From NCBI RefSeq assembly GCF_039982535.1, contig NZ_JBDWYG010000039.1:164743-228742 (forward strand): 64,000 nucleotides of DNA, read 5' to 3'. Shown one piece after another: positions 10,560 through 20,827 of this stretch. The position numbers and the translations under genes are program-made. Below the pieces are notes generated by a model that was not told the DNA's origin, searched no databases, and worked only from the letters and a program-made list of their open reading frames with translations. Numbering within the stretch: the first letter of the stretch is position 1; each line of letters begins with the position of its first letter. The stretch comes from Aliiglaciecola sp. GTDB taxonomy: Bacteria; Pseudomonadota; Gammaproteobacteria; Enterobacterales; Alteromonadaceae.

Positions 10560-11593
10560 ACGATAAATTTAAAGTGGGAACTAACCCTAATAAAAATAGA
10601 ATAAAACGTAGCGAATTCAAAGCGCCGTTTTGGGCTAAAAATCGTCATGTTCAAACCTTATGGCCAAGGTTCATTCAGCGTCGTCGTCCGCTAGCGTTAC
10701 GTATGGAGAAATTACAATTACCAGATAGTGACGAAGTTAGCGTTGTTTGGGGACAACCTGAAGTTACCCAAAACAGTAAAGGTATCGCGGTGATATTCCA
10801 TGGTTTAGAAGGGTCGGTTAAATCCCACTATGCCAATGATTTGATGGCGGAACTGCAGTCTCAAGGCTGGCAAACTGTGTTAATGCACTTCCGTGGCTGT
10901 GGTGGCGAGCCCAACTCTACTGCCCGTGCCTATCACTCGGGTGAAACCGAAGATGCGAGCTTTTTCATGGAATGGTTGAATAAACAGTTTCCAGACTTAC
11001 CCAAAGTGGCAATCGGCTTTTCATTGGGTGCCAATATGCTCCTTAAATTTTTAGGAGAGAGCCCTAAACAAAGGTTTTTAAAAGCGGCGGTGGCGGTGTC
11101 CACTCCGTTTAAGTTAGCCGAGTGTGCTGAGAGTATTAATCAAGGCTTTTCCAAGGTATACCAAAGCTATTTACTTAAAAGTATGGTGAAAACTCTGCGC
11201 TCAAAAATGCGGGTTATCGACTACAAAGGTTTGCTAACCATCGATGATAAAAAGGCGGCCAAGTTAGCTAACTTTAAAGAATTTGATCAAAACGTTACTG
11301 CCCCTTTACACGGTTTTGCAGATGCCGATGACTATTACCAAAGGTGCAGTGCAATTGGCTTTCTTAAATATATCGAAACACCCACCTTAGTGCTTCACTC
11401 TATCGACGATCCATTTATGAATGAGGCCGTTTTACCTCAAGAGCATGAACTATCTGAAGCAGTACAATTAGAATTAAGTGATACTGGCGGCCATGTGGGC
11501 TTTTTACAAGGCACGCCCTGGAAGCCTAACATTTGGTTTCATAAACGTATTTCTGATTTTATTGCGCCCTTTGCTATCAACACAAGTGTATAA
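10556..11593 (+). CDS. yheT: YheT family alpha/beta hydrolase
   Basis: [35 protein letters not shown]. Confidence 0.9.
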   Translation: MNDKFKVGTNPNKNRIKRSEFKAPFWAKNRHVQTLWPRFIQRRRPLALRMEKLQLPDSDEVSVVWGQPEVTQNSKGIAVIFHGLEGSVKSHYANDLMAELQSQGWQTVLMHFRGCGGEPNSTARAYHSGETEDASFFMEWLNKQFPDLPKVAIGFSLGANMLLKFLGESPKQRFLKAAVAVSTPFKLAECAESINQGFSKVYQSYLLKSMVKTLRSKMRVIDYKGLLTIDDKKAAKLANFKEFDQNVTAPLHGFADADDYYQRCSAIGFLKYIETPTLVLHSIDDPFMNEAVLPQEHELSEAVQLELSDTGGHVGFLQGTPWKPNIWFHKRISDFIAPFAINTSV

Positions 11594-11595
11594 GA

Positions 11596-11814
11596 ATGAT
11601 TATTCCTTTAAATGAAATAGCCCCAGAAACCCTGCAAAACCTAGTAGAAGCTTTTGTTCTTCAAGAAGGGACAGATTATGGTGAGATGGAATATGATCTC
11701 GAGCAGAAAGTGAATCATGTGATGATGCAACTCAAATCTGGCCAAGCGTTTGTGCAATATTCCGAGCTGCATGAAAGCGTCAATATAGTCTGCAAAGACC
11801 AAATCGAGAATTAA
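11596..11814 (+). CDS. yheU: YheU family protein
   Basis: MIIP...[15 protein letters not shown]...[10 protein letters not shown]. Confidence 0.92.
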   Translation: MIIPLNEIAPETLQNLVEAFVLQEGTDYGEMEYDLEQKVNHVMMQLKSGQAFVQYSELHESVNIVCKDQIEN

Positions 11815-11828
11815 ATCCAAGGCAGCCA

Positions 11829-12393
11829 CAACCTGTAGGCAGATGCTTTAGCCCCGCGAGATATGAGATAGATTCCATGGCCTAAAGGCCATGCTACAGG
11901 AAAACCCCATCAATTGTAGGCGGTGGCTTCAGCCCCGTGAGATATGAGATAGATCCCATGACCTAAAGGCCATGCTACAGGAAATCACGTCAATTGTAGG
12001 TGGCTGCTTCAGCCCCGTGAGATGTGAGATAGATCCCATGGCCTAAAGGCCATGCTACAGGGAATCACGTCAATTGTAGGTGGCTGCTTCAGCCCCGTGA
12101 GATATGACATAGATCCCATGACCTAAAGGCCATGCTACAGGGAATCACGTCAATTGTAGGCGGTGGCTTCAGCCCCGTGAGATATGAGATAGATTCCATG
12201 GCCTAAAGGCCATGTTACAGGGGCACCCTACCACCTGTAGGCGGTGGATTCAGCCCCGTGAGATATGAGATAGATTCCATGGCCTAAAGGCCATGCTACA
12301 GGGGCACCCCATCAATTGTAGGCGGGTGCTTCAGCCCCGGAAGGGTTGAGATGGGCTTCCACCACCTGTAGGTGGTGGCTTTAGCCCCACGAG
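11829..12393. repeat. REP/BIME-like tandem array of about 80-bp units (6 complete plus 2 partial)
   Basis: Each unit has TGTAGGCGGTGGCTTCAGCCCCG and an oppositely oriented CATGGCCTAAAGGCCATGCTACA; GTAG tetranucleotide at each palindrome foot; between convergent yheU and yceI. Confidence 0.9.
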
Positions 12394-12403
12394 ATAAATA
12401 CGG

Positions 12404-12982
12404 TTATTTTTTAAATGTGACGGAAAACGTCATTGGTACGGTTAAACCGATGCTTTTTAGACCGGCAAGTTCTTGTAGTTTGGCAATGCCTGGATCCAAA
12501 TCATGGCTTGCGGCCTTTATGAGAACTGGCTTAACGGTTGTGCCATGGAAGCTACCATCTTGATCTTTATTAACACTTAATTCAAGGCTGTAAGGCGCAG
12601 ACTTCCCTTTGATTGTGATTTCGCTATCAAGGGTTACCATTGCAGTGGTGCCCGCCTTCATATCCATTACAGCTTTCGGAATTTGCGCTGTAATCATCGC
12701 CTCAGGAGTATTTTCCACATCAAACAGGTAAGTTTGCATACGTTCGTTACGAATGGGAATGTTGGTTTCCACTGAACTCAAATGTACCGCAGCCTTAAGT
12801 TCACCTGCGTCACTTAGTTTCCCGGATAATTTAGTGAATTTGTGAATTTCACTAATGTGTTCATTCTTGGTTGAAATGAAACTCACACTTGATGAATCAT
12901 TATCGAGGGTCCAGCTTGCATGGGAGAATGCAGCGAATGTTGTCAAACAAACGGCTAAACTTATTAGACTAGGTGTTCTCAT
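12404..12982 (-). CDS. YceI family periplasmic lipid/polyisoprenoid-binding protein
   Basis: Signal peptide; WTLDNDSSSVSFISTK and VETNIPIRNERM. Confidence 0.88.
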   Translation of the reverse strand: MRTPSLISLAVCLTTFAAFSHASWTLDNDSSSVSFISTKNEHISEIHKFTKLSGKLSDAGELKAAVHLSSVETNIPIRNERMQTYLFDVENTPEAMITAQIPKAVMDMKAGTTAMVTLDSEITIKGKSAPYSLELSVNKDQDGSFHGTTVKPVLIKAASHDLDPGIAKLQELAGLKSIGLTVPMTFSVTFKK

Positions 12983-12992
12983 TTATGATTCC

Positions 12993-13817
12993 TTATTTAT
13001 ATTCGACGATTGATTGCCAATTTACTTGATGATCCCCTAACACTACGAAGTCTGGGTTGTCAGTCGTATCTCGTCGGTTATAAGTAAGTGGTTGGAATTC
13101 AGCTGAAAGTACAGTACCTCCAGCTTCTTCAACGATACATTGGGAAGCACCGGTATCCCACTCACCAGTTACCCCAACGCGTAAAAATACGTCTGCTTTC
13201 CCCTCTGCGATAAAGCAGGCCTTAAGAGAACAACTTCCTAGGGGGAGCGTTTGGTATGAGCGTGAATCGCTCATATGGTTCATTATTCTTTCACGGGGTT
13301 GTCTGCGGCTGATAGCGATCATAACCACATCAGTTTCGGGCTCTTCAAATTTACGCACATGAATTTGTTTATTATTTTCTAAAGAGCAAGATTTAAACGC
13401 GCCATGTCCTTTGCTGGCAAAATAAAGCGTTTCTCCAGCGGGCCAATAAATAACTCCTAAGGCAGGCTCGTTATTTTCAATCAAAGCTATATTGACAGCA
13501 AAATCACCACTTCTAGCGATAAATTCCTGGGTACCATCGATAGGATCTATTAGCCAATATCGTTGCCAATGTTTGCGGCTGGATAAGTCACCGTTATTGC
13601 TTTCCTCCGACATGATAGGTATGTCTGGAGTTTCTTTCAGCAGAATATCCATGATAATTTCGTTGGCTTTATAATCTGCAGAGGTGACTGGAGATTCATC
13701 TTCTTTTTCGTATGCTTTGAAGTCGCCACTATCATAGATCTTTAACACTTCTTCGCCTGCGGTTTTTGCCGCAAACTTAGCGATGTCTAACAAGTCTTGT
13801 CGAGGGTTTACAGCCAT
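12993..13817 (-). CDS. cysQ: 3'(2'),5'-bisphosphate nucleotidase
   Basis: SPVTSAD, MSEE, WLIDPIDGT, EWDTGA; start at MAVNPRQ overlapping the nudE stop (TAATG). Confidence 0.93.
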   Translation of the reverse strand: MAVNPRQDLLDIAKFAAKTAGEEVLKIYDSGDFKAYEKEDESPVTSADYKANEIIMDILLKETPDIPIMSEESNNGDLSSRKHWQRYWLIDPIDGTQEFIARSGDFAVNIALIENNEPALGVIYWPAGETLYFASKGHGAFKSCSLENNKQIHVRKFEEPETDVVMIAISRRQPRERIMNHMSDSRSYQTLPLGSCSLKACFIAEGKADVFLRVGVTGEWDTGASQCIVEEAGGTVLSAEFQPLTYNRRDTTDNPDFVVLGDHQVNWQSIVEYK

Positions 13818-14395
13818 TATTTTTCCCCTGATGAATTTTTCGCCAAATACTTTTGCACTAAAAACAATGCGGCAATACAACGAGCCTCGATAAAGTCGTC
13901 ACGTGCCAACAACGAGTCTAAGTCGTGTACAGACCATGGAATAACTTCTAAGGGTTCAGGTTCATCCCCTTCCAATCTGCATTCATACAAATCTTCGGCT
14001 AATAGGATATTCATTTTGGCATCAAAAAAAGTAGGAGCCATACTTACAGTATGGATCTGTTTTAATGAATTTGCCCCATATCCTGCTTCTTCTTTTAATT
14101 CTCTGTCACCAGCCTCAAGGGGAGATTCTCCAGGGTCAATCAAACCTTTAGGAAAGCCTAATTGATAAGAGTGGGTACCCGCGGCATACTCACGAATAAG
14201 CAAAATGGTTTCAGAATCGATGAATGGAACAATCATTACGGCACCGTTACCAGAGCCTGCCATTCTTTCAAATTGGCGAGTTGCACCATTGGAAAATTCG
14301 AGATCTACACGTTCGACACGAAATAAACCGCTCTTAGCGACGATTTCTCGTTGATGAATTTGGGGCAGAGTTTTATTCGGGTCTATTTTATTCAT
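13817..14395 (-). CDS. nudE: ADP compounds hydrolase (Nudix)
   Basis: LEFSNG, REYAAG and Nudix box GLIDPGESPLEAGDRELKEEAGYG. Confidence 0.94.
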   Translation of the reverse strand: MNKIDPNKTLPQIHQREIVAKSGLFRVERVDLEFSNGATRQFERMAGSGNGAVMIVPFIDSETILLIREYAAGTHSYQLGFPKGLIDPGESPLEAGDRELKEEAGYGANSLKQIHTVSMAPTFFDAKMNILLAEDLYECRLEGDEPEPLEVIPWSVHDLDSLLARDDFIEARCIAALFLVQKYLAKNSSGEK

Positions 14396-14495
14396 TTACC
14401 TATCACGTTAAACTAACGGCAGTTTCCACGTTTTGGATGCTGCGCTTTAAACTACTACTTTGTCTTACTTTAACTCATGGATAACTGACTTGCCA

Positions 14496-15170
14496 ATGTT
14501 GCCCTGGAACCAAATTAAAACTGTCTTACTCGATATGGATGGAACTTTACTCGACTTGCACTTCGACAACCATTTTTGGATGGAAGTTGTACCGCAAAAG
14601 ATAGCACACAAAAAAGCCATCAGTCTCGAAAAAGCTAAAGAATATATTCACATAGAATATCAAAAAGTGATGGGAACAATAAATTGGTACTGCCTTGATT
14701 ATTGGGCAGAAAAACTCGATATGGATATTATTGAGGCAAAACGCCAAATCAAACATTTAATTAGTATGCGAGAAGACACTTTGCCATTTCTAGATGCTCT
14801 GCATAGCAGCGGCAGGCAAGTTGTATTGGTAACCAATGCTCATCCTGGTAGTTTGTCATTAAAGATAGAGCAGACTCAATTAGACAGCCATATCGATACC
14901 TTAATTTCTACCCATGAGTTCGGGGTAACCAAAGAGTCTCAATTATTGTGGCAAAAGCTGCAAGCACGTTTAGGGTTTGATAGCCGTAGTACTTTGTTTG
15001 TGGACGATAGTGTGCCAATTTTACAGGCGGCGAAAGAGTTTGGTATTGCCCATTTGCTCGCGGTTGAAAATCCCGATAGCCAAGGTGAAATTCGACAAAG
15101 TGACGACTTTACGGGTATTCAAGACTATCGGTTCTTAATTGATGATATTAACAACAATCCAATCAAATAG
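14496..15170 (+). CDS. yrfG: GMP/IMP nucleotidase (HAD family)
   Basis: LLDMDGTLLDLHFDNHFW, LVTNAH, LFVDD; start placed at MLPWNQ (TTG at 14460 is an alternative). Confidence 0.92.
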   Translation: MLPWNQIKTVLLDMDGTLLDLHFDNHFWMEVVPQKIAHKKAISLEKAKEYIHIEYQKVMGTINWYCLDYWAEKLDMDIIEAKRQIKHLISMREDTLPFLDALHSSGRQVVLVTNAHPGSLSLKIEQTQLDSHIDTLISTHEFGVTKESQLLWQKLQARLGFDSRSTLFVDDSVPILQAAKEFGIAHLLAVENPDSQGEIRQSDDFTGIQDYRFLIDDINNNPIK

Positions 15171-15222
15171 ACTGCTGCCACAACACAACTACAGAGGAAA
15201 CCAAGGTGTTTCCTCTATCAGT

Positions 15223-15984
15223 TTAAAGTTTTAACTTATAAAACCCTTGGTTATCAGCACGACCAAAGAATTTTGCGGCATCCTGTACTTGTTTAGGTAG
15301 GCTGTTATCGGGTTTAAACTGACCATTCAGTTTAACTTTGAAATTTTGGGGGATCCGCGCGTCAGCAGTTAAATTAAATATATTAGGTGGCGTGATTTTG
15401 ACTAGGATGTCATCTTCAATACAACTCAAATTTGCTTCGAAATTGCCTAAGCTTAGTGGCTCATTCAGGCCTATTAATCCTTCGAGTTTGGCATTTAACC
15501 ATTGGCCATTGCCTGATAAATCGATACATTTTCCTGCGTAATCCAATTCAGTTAAAGCCACTTTAAAGCGCCCTCCCGCATTAACAGCTATGGGCAAAGG
15601 CACTTGGGCTATAGCCATATCGGCTGGCAAATACACTGTTAAGTCCGACGATTGCACATGGTTGGGATCAAACATATTGATGCTGACTAAGCCCTTAATT
15701 GAGACTTTGTCATTTGCACGTAAGTCGCCACCATCAATGTCTAACGTTAGTTGACCAATCAGTAAGTCCCAAAACGAAACCTGCCAATTAACATCTTCAA
15801 TGGTTAAATTATTCGCGCTAATGCTGCTGGCCGATGCGTTCCAAATTGTTCCTTGTACACCCTCAATGCTCAGATCACTAGATTGATTGGCGCGATAAAT
15901 AACTTGGCTAGCGGGTAACTTAATAATGAGTAAAACCAAAAAGGCTAATAGTCCTAAAAGACTCCATTTAACAACTTGCTTCAT
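15223..15984 (-). CDS. gspN: Type II secretion protein N
   Basis: N-terminal TM, LPASQV, VQGTIWNA; last gene of the gsp operon. Confidence 0.88.
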   Translation of the reverse strand: MKQVVKWSLLGLLAFLVLLIIKLPASQVIYRANQSSDLSIEGVQGTIWNASASSISANNLTIEDVNWQVSFWDLLIGQLTLDIDGGDLRANDKVSIKGLVSINMFDPNHVQSSDLTVYLPADMAIAQVPLPIAVNAGGRFKVALTELDYAGKCIDLSGNGQWLNAKLEGLIGLNEPLSLGNFEANLSCIEDDILVKITPPNIFNLTADARIPQNFKVKLNGQFKPDNSLPKQVQDAAKFFGRADNQGFYKLKL

Positions 15985-16460
15985 GATTTTCCTAACTGCA
16001 AACTTCTAACTTTTACCATGCCAGATACGTTGGCTTCCGCCAAATCAACATTGATAATGCGTATTCCAAGGTTTTCCAAGCTTTGTAGCCAACTCACTAC
16101 ATCGTTAAAGGGCGCTTGATCTACCCATACTTTTAACTCGTCGCCCTGAGGCTGCATTCGCGATATGGCAATATTCACTCGTCCCGCAGTTTGATTAACC
16201 GCTTGTGGAAGAGAGCCGGTAAATACTGCTGTGCCACCATTACCACTGCGCATTTGGATCGCACGATTGGCGTTCTGTTTGAACCAAATTAGATCCGTTT
16301 GTTTAGTGGCTACTAATTTACTTTGCGTTTGTAATGACTTATCGATGGGCGCCCAAACTAAGTAATAAAACAGGAAGATGATTAGTAACACCCCAGATAC
16401 TGCGACTAAGACTCTTTCACGCTCTGACAGCTGATTAAATTTATCCAATAAATCTTTCAT
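15981..16460 (-). CDS. gspM: Type II secretion protein M
   Basis: LSERER plus TM, RMQPQG...VWVD...WL; operon position. Confidence 0.9.
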   Translation of the reverse strand: MKDLLDKFNQLSERERVLVAVSGVLLIIFLFYYLVWAPIDKSLQTQSKLVATKQTDLIWFKQNANRAIQMRSGNGGTAVFTGSLPQAVNQTAGRVNIAISRMQPQGDELKVWVDQAPFNDVVSWLQSLENLGIRIINVDLAEANVSGMVKVRSLQLGKS

Positions 16461-16461
16461 A

Positions 16462-17655
16462 TCAGCTCCTTATTGATAACGAACCAATAACTTGGTTGTC
16501 TTTGTTGTTAATTGCACCTTGTTGAACCTCAAAGCCTTTATCCTGCGCTAGGCGCTTGAACTCTTCTAATGCTTCAAAGTTGTTGGCTACGGCTTGTAGT
16601 CGCAACTCTGAGCGGGCGCTGTCGAAGCGTATGGTTTGTGGCTTAACTTGGCTACTTTGAAAGGCTTCGGTAAGCTGTGACATCATTGCCAACATGGAAG
16701 CTTGACCACCGCCGTTACTGAGTTTATTTAGTTCCCTTTCCATTGCTGTGCGGATTCGAATGGGCTTAGGTTGATTCGGAAAGGCTTTGGCAAATTGCTC
16801 ATGCATCTGTTTGGTTAGATCAGCGCTTTGTTGTTTAAGTTGGTTAACTTGTATGCCTTTATCCACCAATGTTACCAATAGAGCGGCAACCGCAAGTACC
16901 GCAGCCACTCGCCATTTTCGCCACTCACTACTACTTTGTTGTTTAGCTTTAAACTCGCCTTGTAGCAGGTTAAACGAGGTTTTCAGGGCACCCGTTGCTA
17001 GTAATTGCATGGGTAAATCGAGTTGTTGTTCGATCTGTTCAACATTGGCCAAATTAGAAATATCTAAATCACTGTGATTGGCTACTTTTAACGGAGTTGT
17101 TTGCTGTTTTGCAAAATGCTCAGTGGCTTGTAATAACCAGCTTGCATCTCCTTGTAAACCTTGCCATTGATCCTGACGAATAATGGCTTGTTGGCCTAGG
17201 GTGACTAAGCTCCATGCATCTTCTACATAGGGAAGGGCAAGTACATCTGGAAGCATTTTGTTGCAGTATAAACCGGCTTGTTCGATGGCCTGTAACCAGT
17301 CTTGCATCTTATCTCGGCTAACTACGGCAACTGCTTGCATATTGCCGTCTTTTTCCCCTAAGGCGAAAAACTGCTCACTAATGTCCATGCTTAAATCTTC
17401 TTCAAGCATGTATGGTATTGCTGTTAGCGCTTTTCGAGACGCCTTTGCAGGCATGGCGACCCATTTTAGTAAAAAGTCACAACCTGGGACTAAGGCTGTA
17501 ATTGGCCGCTTACCGGCTCGTTCAGATAAAGAGCTCAACTGTTCTGCGTTATCTAGTACGCCAGAGGCAATAATTTCATGCTCTTGACCAGACCAAACTA
17601 ACCAATTTACAGGATCTAGAGTGGTTGAGCCTAGGCGTATAACCAGATGTTCCAT
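16462..17655 (-). CDS. gspL: Type II secretion protein L
   Basis: IPYMLEEDL, PDVLALP, FNLLQGEF, single TM. Confidence 0.92.
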   Translation of the reverse strand: MEHLVIRLGSTTLDPVNWLVWSGQEHEIIASGVLDNAEQLSSLSERAGKRPITALVPGCDFLLKWVAMPAKASRKALTAIPYMLEEDLSMDISEQFFALGEKDGNMQAVAVVSRDKMQDWLQAIEQAGLYCNKMLPDVLALPYVEDAWSLVTLGQQAIIRQDQWQGLQGDASWLLQATEHFAKQQTTPLKVANHSDLDISNLANVEQIEQQLDLPMQLLATGALKTSFNLLQGEFKAKQQSSSEWRKWRVAAVLAVAALLVTLVDKGIQVNQLKQQSADLTKQMHEQFAKAFPNQPKPIRIRTAMERELNKLSNGGGQASMLAMMSQLTEAFQSSQVKPQTIRFDSARSELRLQAVANNFEALEEFKRLAQDKGFEVQQGAINNKDNQVIGSLSIRS

Positions 17656-18734
17656 TAAAGTACTCCTCCAAATTCTCGTCGTATGACAATCACTTGGTCG
17701 TTATTTTCTACTTTCAGTAGGGAAGACATAGCAAATGTGGCGTTATTGTAACGGGTCTTGGTATGTAATAGAAAGTATTCTGTTTTTACATCAAACCAAC
17801 TTTGTTGTTGGTCAGTTAAAGTGTGGTTAGTAAACAGTGTTTCAGCTAAAAAGTCCTGCACATTTTGATAGCCATCGGGTTCACGGTTACTAATGAGATT
17901 TTGTATGTCTGATACAGGCGCTCCGGTTAAAGCCGCTAACACCGGTGCTTTCTCTTCAGTGATGGTGTTCACGTTAATTTTCATTTCTGAGACATTGGGG
18001 ATTACACAGATCATTGGCAGCAATTCAGTAATCCACTGGGCATTTACACCGTTCACTAAACGGATTTCCGATTTGCTTACCATTAGGTTGTTAGCGGCTA
18101 AGTAAGGGTTCACTAACGCTGCGTAATCAGCATCTTCAGCGCCGCTTTGTGACATATTGTCATCTTGGTCTAGCCAATCAATTAAGGAGTCTCTGACCAC
18201 CTCTACCGAATAGTTATCTAATTCAGGAACGCTGCTAGAAAGCAGACGTTCGAAAGCTAAGGCTTCTTCAGGTGCGGTGTTAATATCGCCACTAGTGTTT
18301 CCACGCACAACCTCCTTTACTTCACTATTGCCGTTGCTATTATCACTATTATTATCATTTTGGCTACTTTGTTGTACTCGGTTAACCGAGTCAATGGCAT
18401 TCAAATTTAAACACGTTTGCATATCGGTTAACTGCGCTTGTATACCTCCCCCTTCTAATGGAAAAGTAAACTCTTCAGACCAACCTCCTTCTAACGAAAC
18501 CACATCTGAATCCGACTCTAATAATAGACGAACAGACTTGATAGCATATTGCTCGGCTCCCATTGCATACCAAAAGGCTTGGTTATTATCTTTAATATTG
18601 GTTGCGCGGGTTACTTGTAGCTGTAACCGAGAGCCCATTTCTGTGGCAATAATGGCAACCAAGGCAACAATCATTAACACAATGATTAATGCAACGCCTT
18701 GTTGCTTAGCTGGATGTAAAAACCGATTATTCAC
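17655..18734 (-). CDS. gspK: Type II secretion minor pseudopilin K
   Basis: QQGVALIIVLMIVAL prepilin leader, DWLDQD, KINVNT. Confidence 0.93.
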   Translation of the reverse strand: MNNRFLHPAKQQGVALIIVLMIVALVAIIATEMGSRLQLQVTRATNIKDNNQAFWYAMGAEQYAIKSVRLLLESDSDVVSLEGGWSEEFTFPLEGGGIQAQLTDMQTCLNLNAIDSVNRVQQSSQNDNNSDNSNGNSEVKEVVRGNTSGDINTAPEEALAFERLLSSSVPELDNYSVEVVRDSLIDWLDQDDNMSQSGAEDADYAALVNPYLAANNLMVSKSEIRLVNGVNAQWITELLPMICVIPNVSEMKINVNTITEEKAPVLAALTGAPVSDIQNLISNREPDGYQNVQDFLAETLFTNHTLTDQQQSWFDVKTEYFLLHTKTRYNNATFAMSSLLKVENNDQVIVIRREFGGVL

Positions 18735-19360
18735 GAGTCTTCAGTGCTCATTAAAAATTGTCGCTGAATTACGCCGAAGTCTTGGCTGGTGATGGTCACT
18801 CTGACGGCTACGGGAAGTGTGTCTTGAGCGTAGGAGTCATCCCAGCTTTCCGAATCTGCAGAATCTTCGTCAGCATTTAATAAAAATTGAACTTGAAAGT
18901 CCTCTATGTTGCTTAACAACACCCGGACTTTGGGTTCGAAACCAACGACGTTATCCACGTAATTACCAAACAGACGCTCTAACTTTCCTTCTTGCATACG
19001 GTAAGCAACACTTTGCAGTGTGCTACGCTGCAACATTAATTGCGGGTTCTGCCAACCTGTTCGTACAAATGCAAACCCATCGGCTTCGCTTTCTAATAGG
19101 TTTTTTTCCCCTTGCATTACTTGGCTGTTTTCTTGACCCTCTATGCGAACCGCTCGAGGAACAGCTTGCAGTAAATCCCGCTCTATAGTGAGCATGGCTC
19201 TTTGCAAGGTTTGTAACTTTTCAAAACGATTTTCAGATAATTCGTCACTGTCGATTACCGCGGTCATGACGCTGGTGGAAGCAATCCCAATAAGTGTGAA
19301 GATTGCTACTGCAATCATAATTTCAATTAGGGTGAATCCTTGATGCTTTAGTCCGTTCAT
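18731..19360 (-). CDS. gspJ: Type II secretion minor pseudopilin J
   Basis: QGFTLIEIMIA, RTGWQNP, LQSVAYR. Confidence 0.93.
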   Translation of the reverse strand: MNGLKHQGFTLIEIMIAVAIFTLIGIASTSVMTAVIDSDELSENRFEKLQTLQRAMLTIERDLLQAVPRAVRIEGQENSQVMQGEKNLLESEADGFAFVRTGWQNPQLMLQRSTLQSVAYRMQEGKLERLFGNYVDNVVGFEPKVRVLLSNIEDFQVQFLLNADEDSADSESWDDSYAQDTLPVAVRVTITSQDFGVIQRQFLMSTEDS

Positions 19361-19746
19361 CGGGTGATGCTCTTGGGTTGCGCCAGATAGGTGGTAACAC
19401 TGGTGATGGTGCGCTCGAAGTTTTCATCCTTACCCACGACGATTTCAACCCCGATTAAAGCGTCATCGGGTGTGGCTAGTAACTTCTGTTGCCAATACCA
19501 AGTTGTGCCCGCCATCTTTTCTTCACCCTTCAGATTGTCTTTTAATGGCCAGCTGTTTTCGATATTGATTTGGGTTAGGCGATTATTGGCAACCCAAGTG
19601 GCAAAAGTAATATCTTCTATTTGGCTAACGCCGTTTAAATGATCTGTGGCTGATTTCATGATAGCTGTGCCGGTAATAGCAAAGATTAACAGCGCTAACA
19701 TCACTTCTAGCAAGGTAAAACCTTGTTGCTGGTGGTTATGTCTCAT
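19357..19746 (-). CDS. gspI: Type II secretion minor pseudopilin I
   Basis: QGFTLLEVMLAL, ATWVANNRL. Confidence 0.93.
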   Translation of the reverse strand: MRHNHQQQGFTLLEVMLALLIFAITGTAIMKSATDHLNGVSQIEDITFATWVANNRLTQINIENSWPLKDNLKGEEKMAGTTWYWQQKLLATPDDALIGVEIVVGKDENFERTITSVTTYLAQPKSITR

Positions 19747-20369
19747 AAATCACTATCCAAGGGCCCTAACCTTTCTATGGGCACGGTATCATAGGAATTT
19801 AACTTGAAATAAACAGGATCATCATTAGAAAAGTCAGGTTCATACATCATGGTCAAGCTAAAAGGCGTTACGTCTCCGCTGGATAACAACATGATTTGCG
19901 GTGGCGGAAGTTTTTTCTCTTCTTCTTCATTGCCAATATCAACACGGTCTTCATCAAAGGATAGGGATTCGTCAAATATGCCATCGCTAAACAAATTGCT
20001 TTCTTCTACCCAAGGTAAATCGTCTAATTCTAATTCCAGCGAGTAGGGTTCGGGCAATTGATAACGGCCAAACGCTTGTTGTCCTTCCAGTAATTGCCAA
20101 TTTTGCTCATCATCTAACCACATAAATATGTATTCAGCGGTTTCAGGTTCGATGCGAATGCCAATTTCTTGCTGGTTTAATACTGCAAAATCAGAGGCCA
20201 TATCAACAACAATTTGGAAACGTTTGGCTTGCTTTTCTAACTCTTCAGATGGGGTGGGCGCAAAGTTATTAAACGATATAACACTTATTACAATTCCCAT
20301 AATTGCTAGCACCGCCATGATCTCGATGAGAGTAAATCCTGAATGGTACTTAGGTGACCGTGCTCGCAT
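19743..20369 (-). CDS. gspH: Type II secretion minor pseudopilin H
   Basis: SGFTLIEIMAV, PPQIMLLSSGDVTPF. Confidence 0.92.
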   Translation of the reverse strand: MRARSPKYHSGFTLIEIMAVLAIMGIVISVISFNNFAPTPSEELEKQAKRFQIVVDMASDFAVLNQQEIGIRIEPETAEYIFMWLDDEQNWQLLEGQQAFGRYQLPEPYSLELELDDLPWVEESNLFSDGIFDESLSFDEDRVDIGNEEEEKKLPPPQIMLLSSGDVTPFSLTMMYEPDFSNDDPVYFKLNSYDTVPIERLGPLDSDL

Positions 20370-20386
20370 TATGGGTAACTCAATGG

Positions 20387-20827
20387 TTAGTTAAGGTAAT
20401 CGCCAAGATTCCAATTACCAATATCGTCTTCTGTGCCTGGTTCGCCATCTGGGCCATTTGAAAACACATCGATTACGCCTAATTCACCAGGACTTAATAG
20501 CTGGTAAGGATTATCCCAAGGATCATTGGGTAGACGGTTAATGTAGCCGCCGGTGGGATAATTACGAGGAATAGGATCTATTGTAGGCTCACTCACTAAG
20601 GCTTCTAAACCTTGTTCTGTGGTTGGGAAGCGGTTATTACTCAATTTATAGCGAGTTAATGCACTTTCTAGGGATTGAATATCAATGGCTGCAGCTTTAC
20701 GTTGTGCCTCTTCTTGGTTTCCAAGAATTTGCGGCGCCACTAAACCTGCCATGATTCCTATAATCAATAACACCACCATTACCTCAATTAAGGTAAAACC
20801 AGACTGTCTAGGGTTGTTCTTTTTCAT
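20387..20827 (-). CDS. gspG: Type II secretion major pseudopilin G
   Basis: SGFTLIEVMVV, FPTTEQGLEALV, LPNDPWDNPY, DDIGNW. Confidence 0.96.
   Translation of the reverse strand: MKKNNPRQSGFTLIEVMVVLLIIGIMAGLVAPQILGNQEEAQRKAAAIDIQSLESALTRYKLSNNRFPTTEQGLEALVSEPTIDPIPRNYPTGGYINRLPNDPWDNPYQLLSPGELGVIDVFSNGPDGEPGTEDDIGNWNLGDYLN

Noticed and set aside
11829-12393. CRISPR array
   Set aside because: Spacers are near-identical rather than unique, units contain paired GTAG palindromes, and there are no cas genes or leader; the same applies to 46669-47127
18300-18380. Asn/Ser-rich insert in GspK and Ser-rich spacer in GspD
   Set aside because: Low-complexity loops at positions known to vary in these proteins; frames are intact
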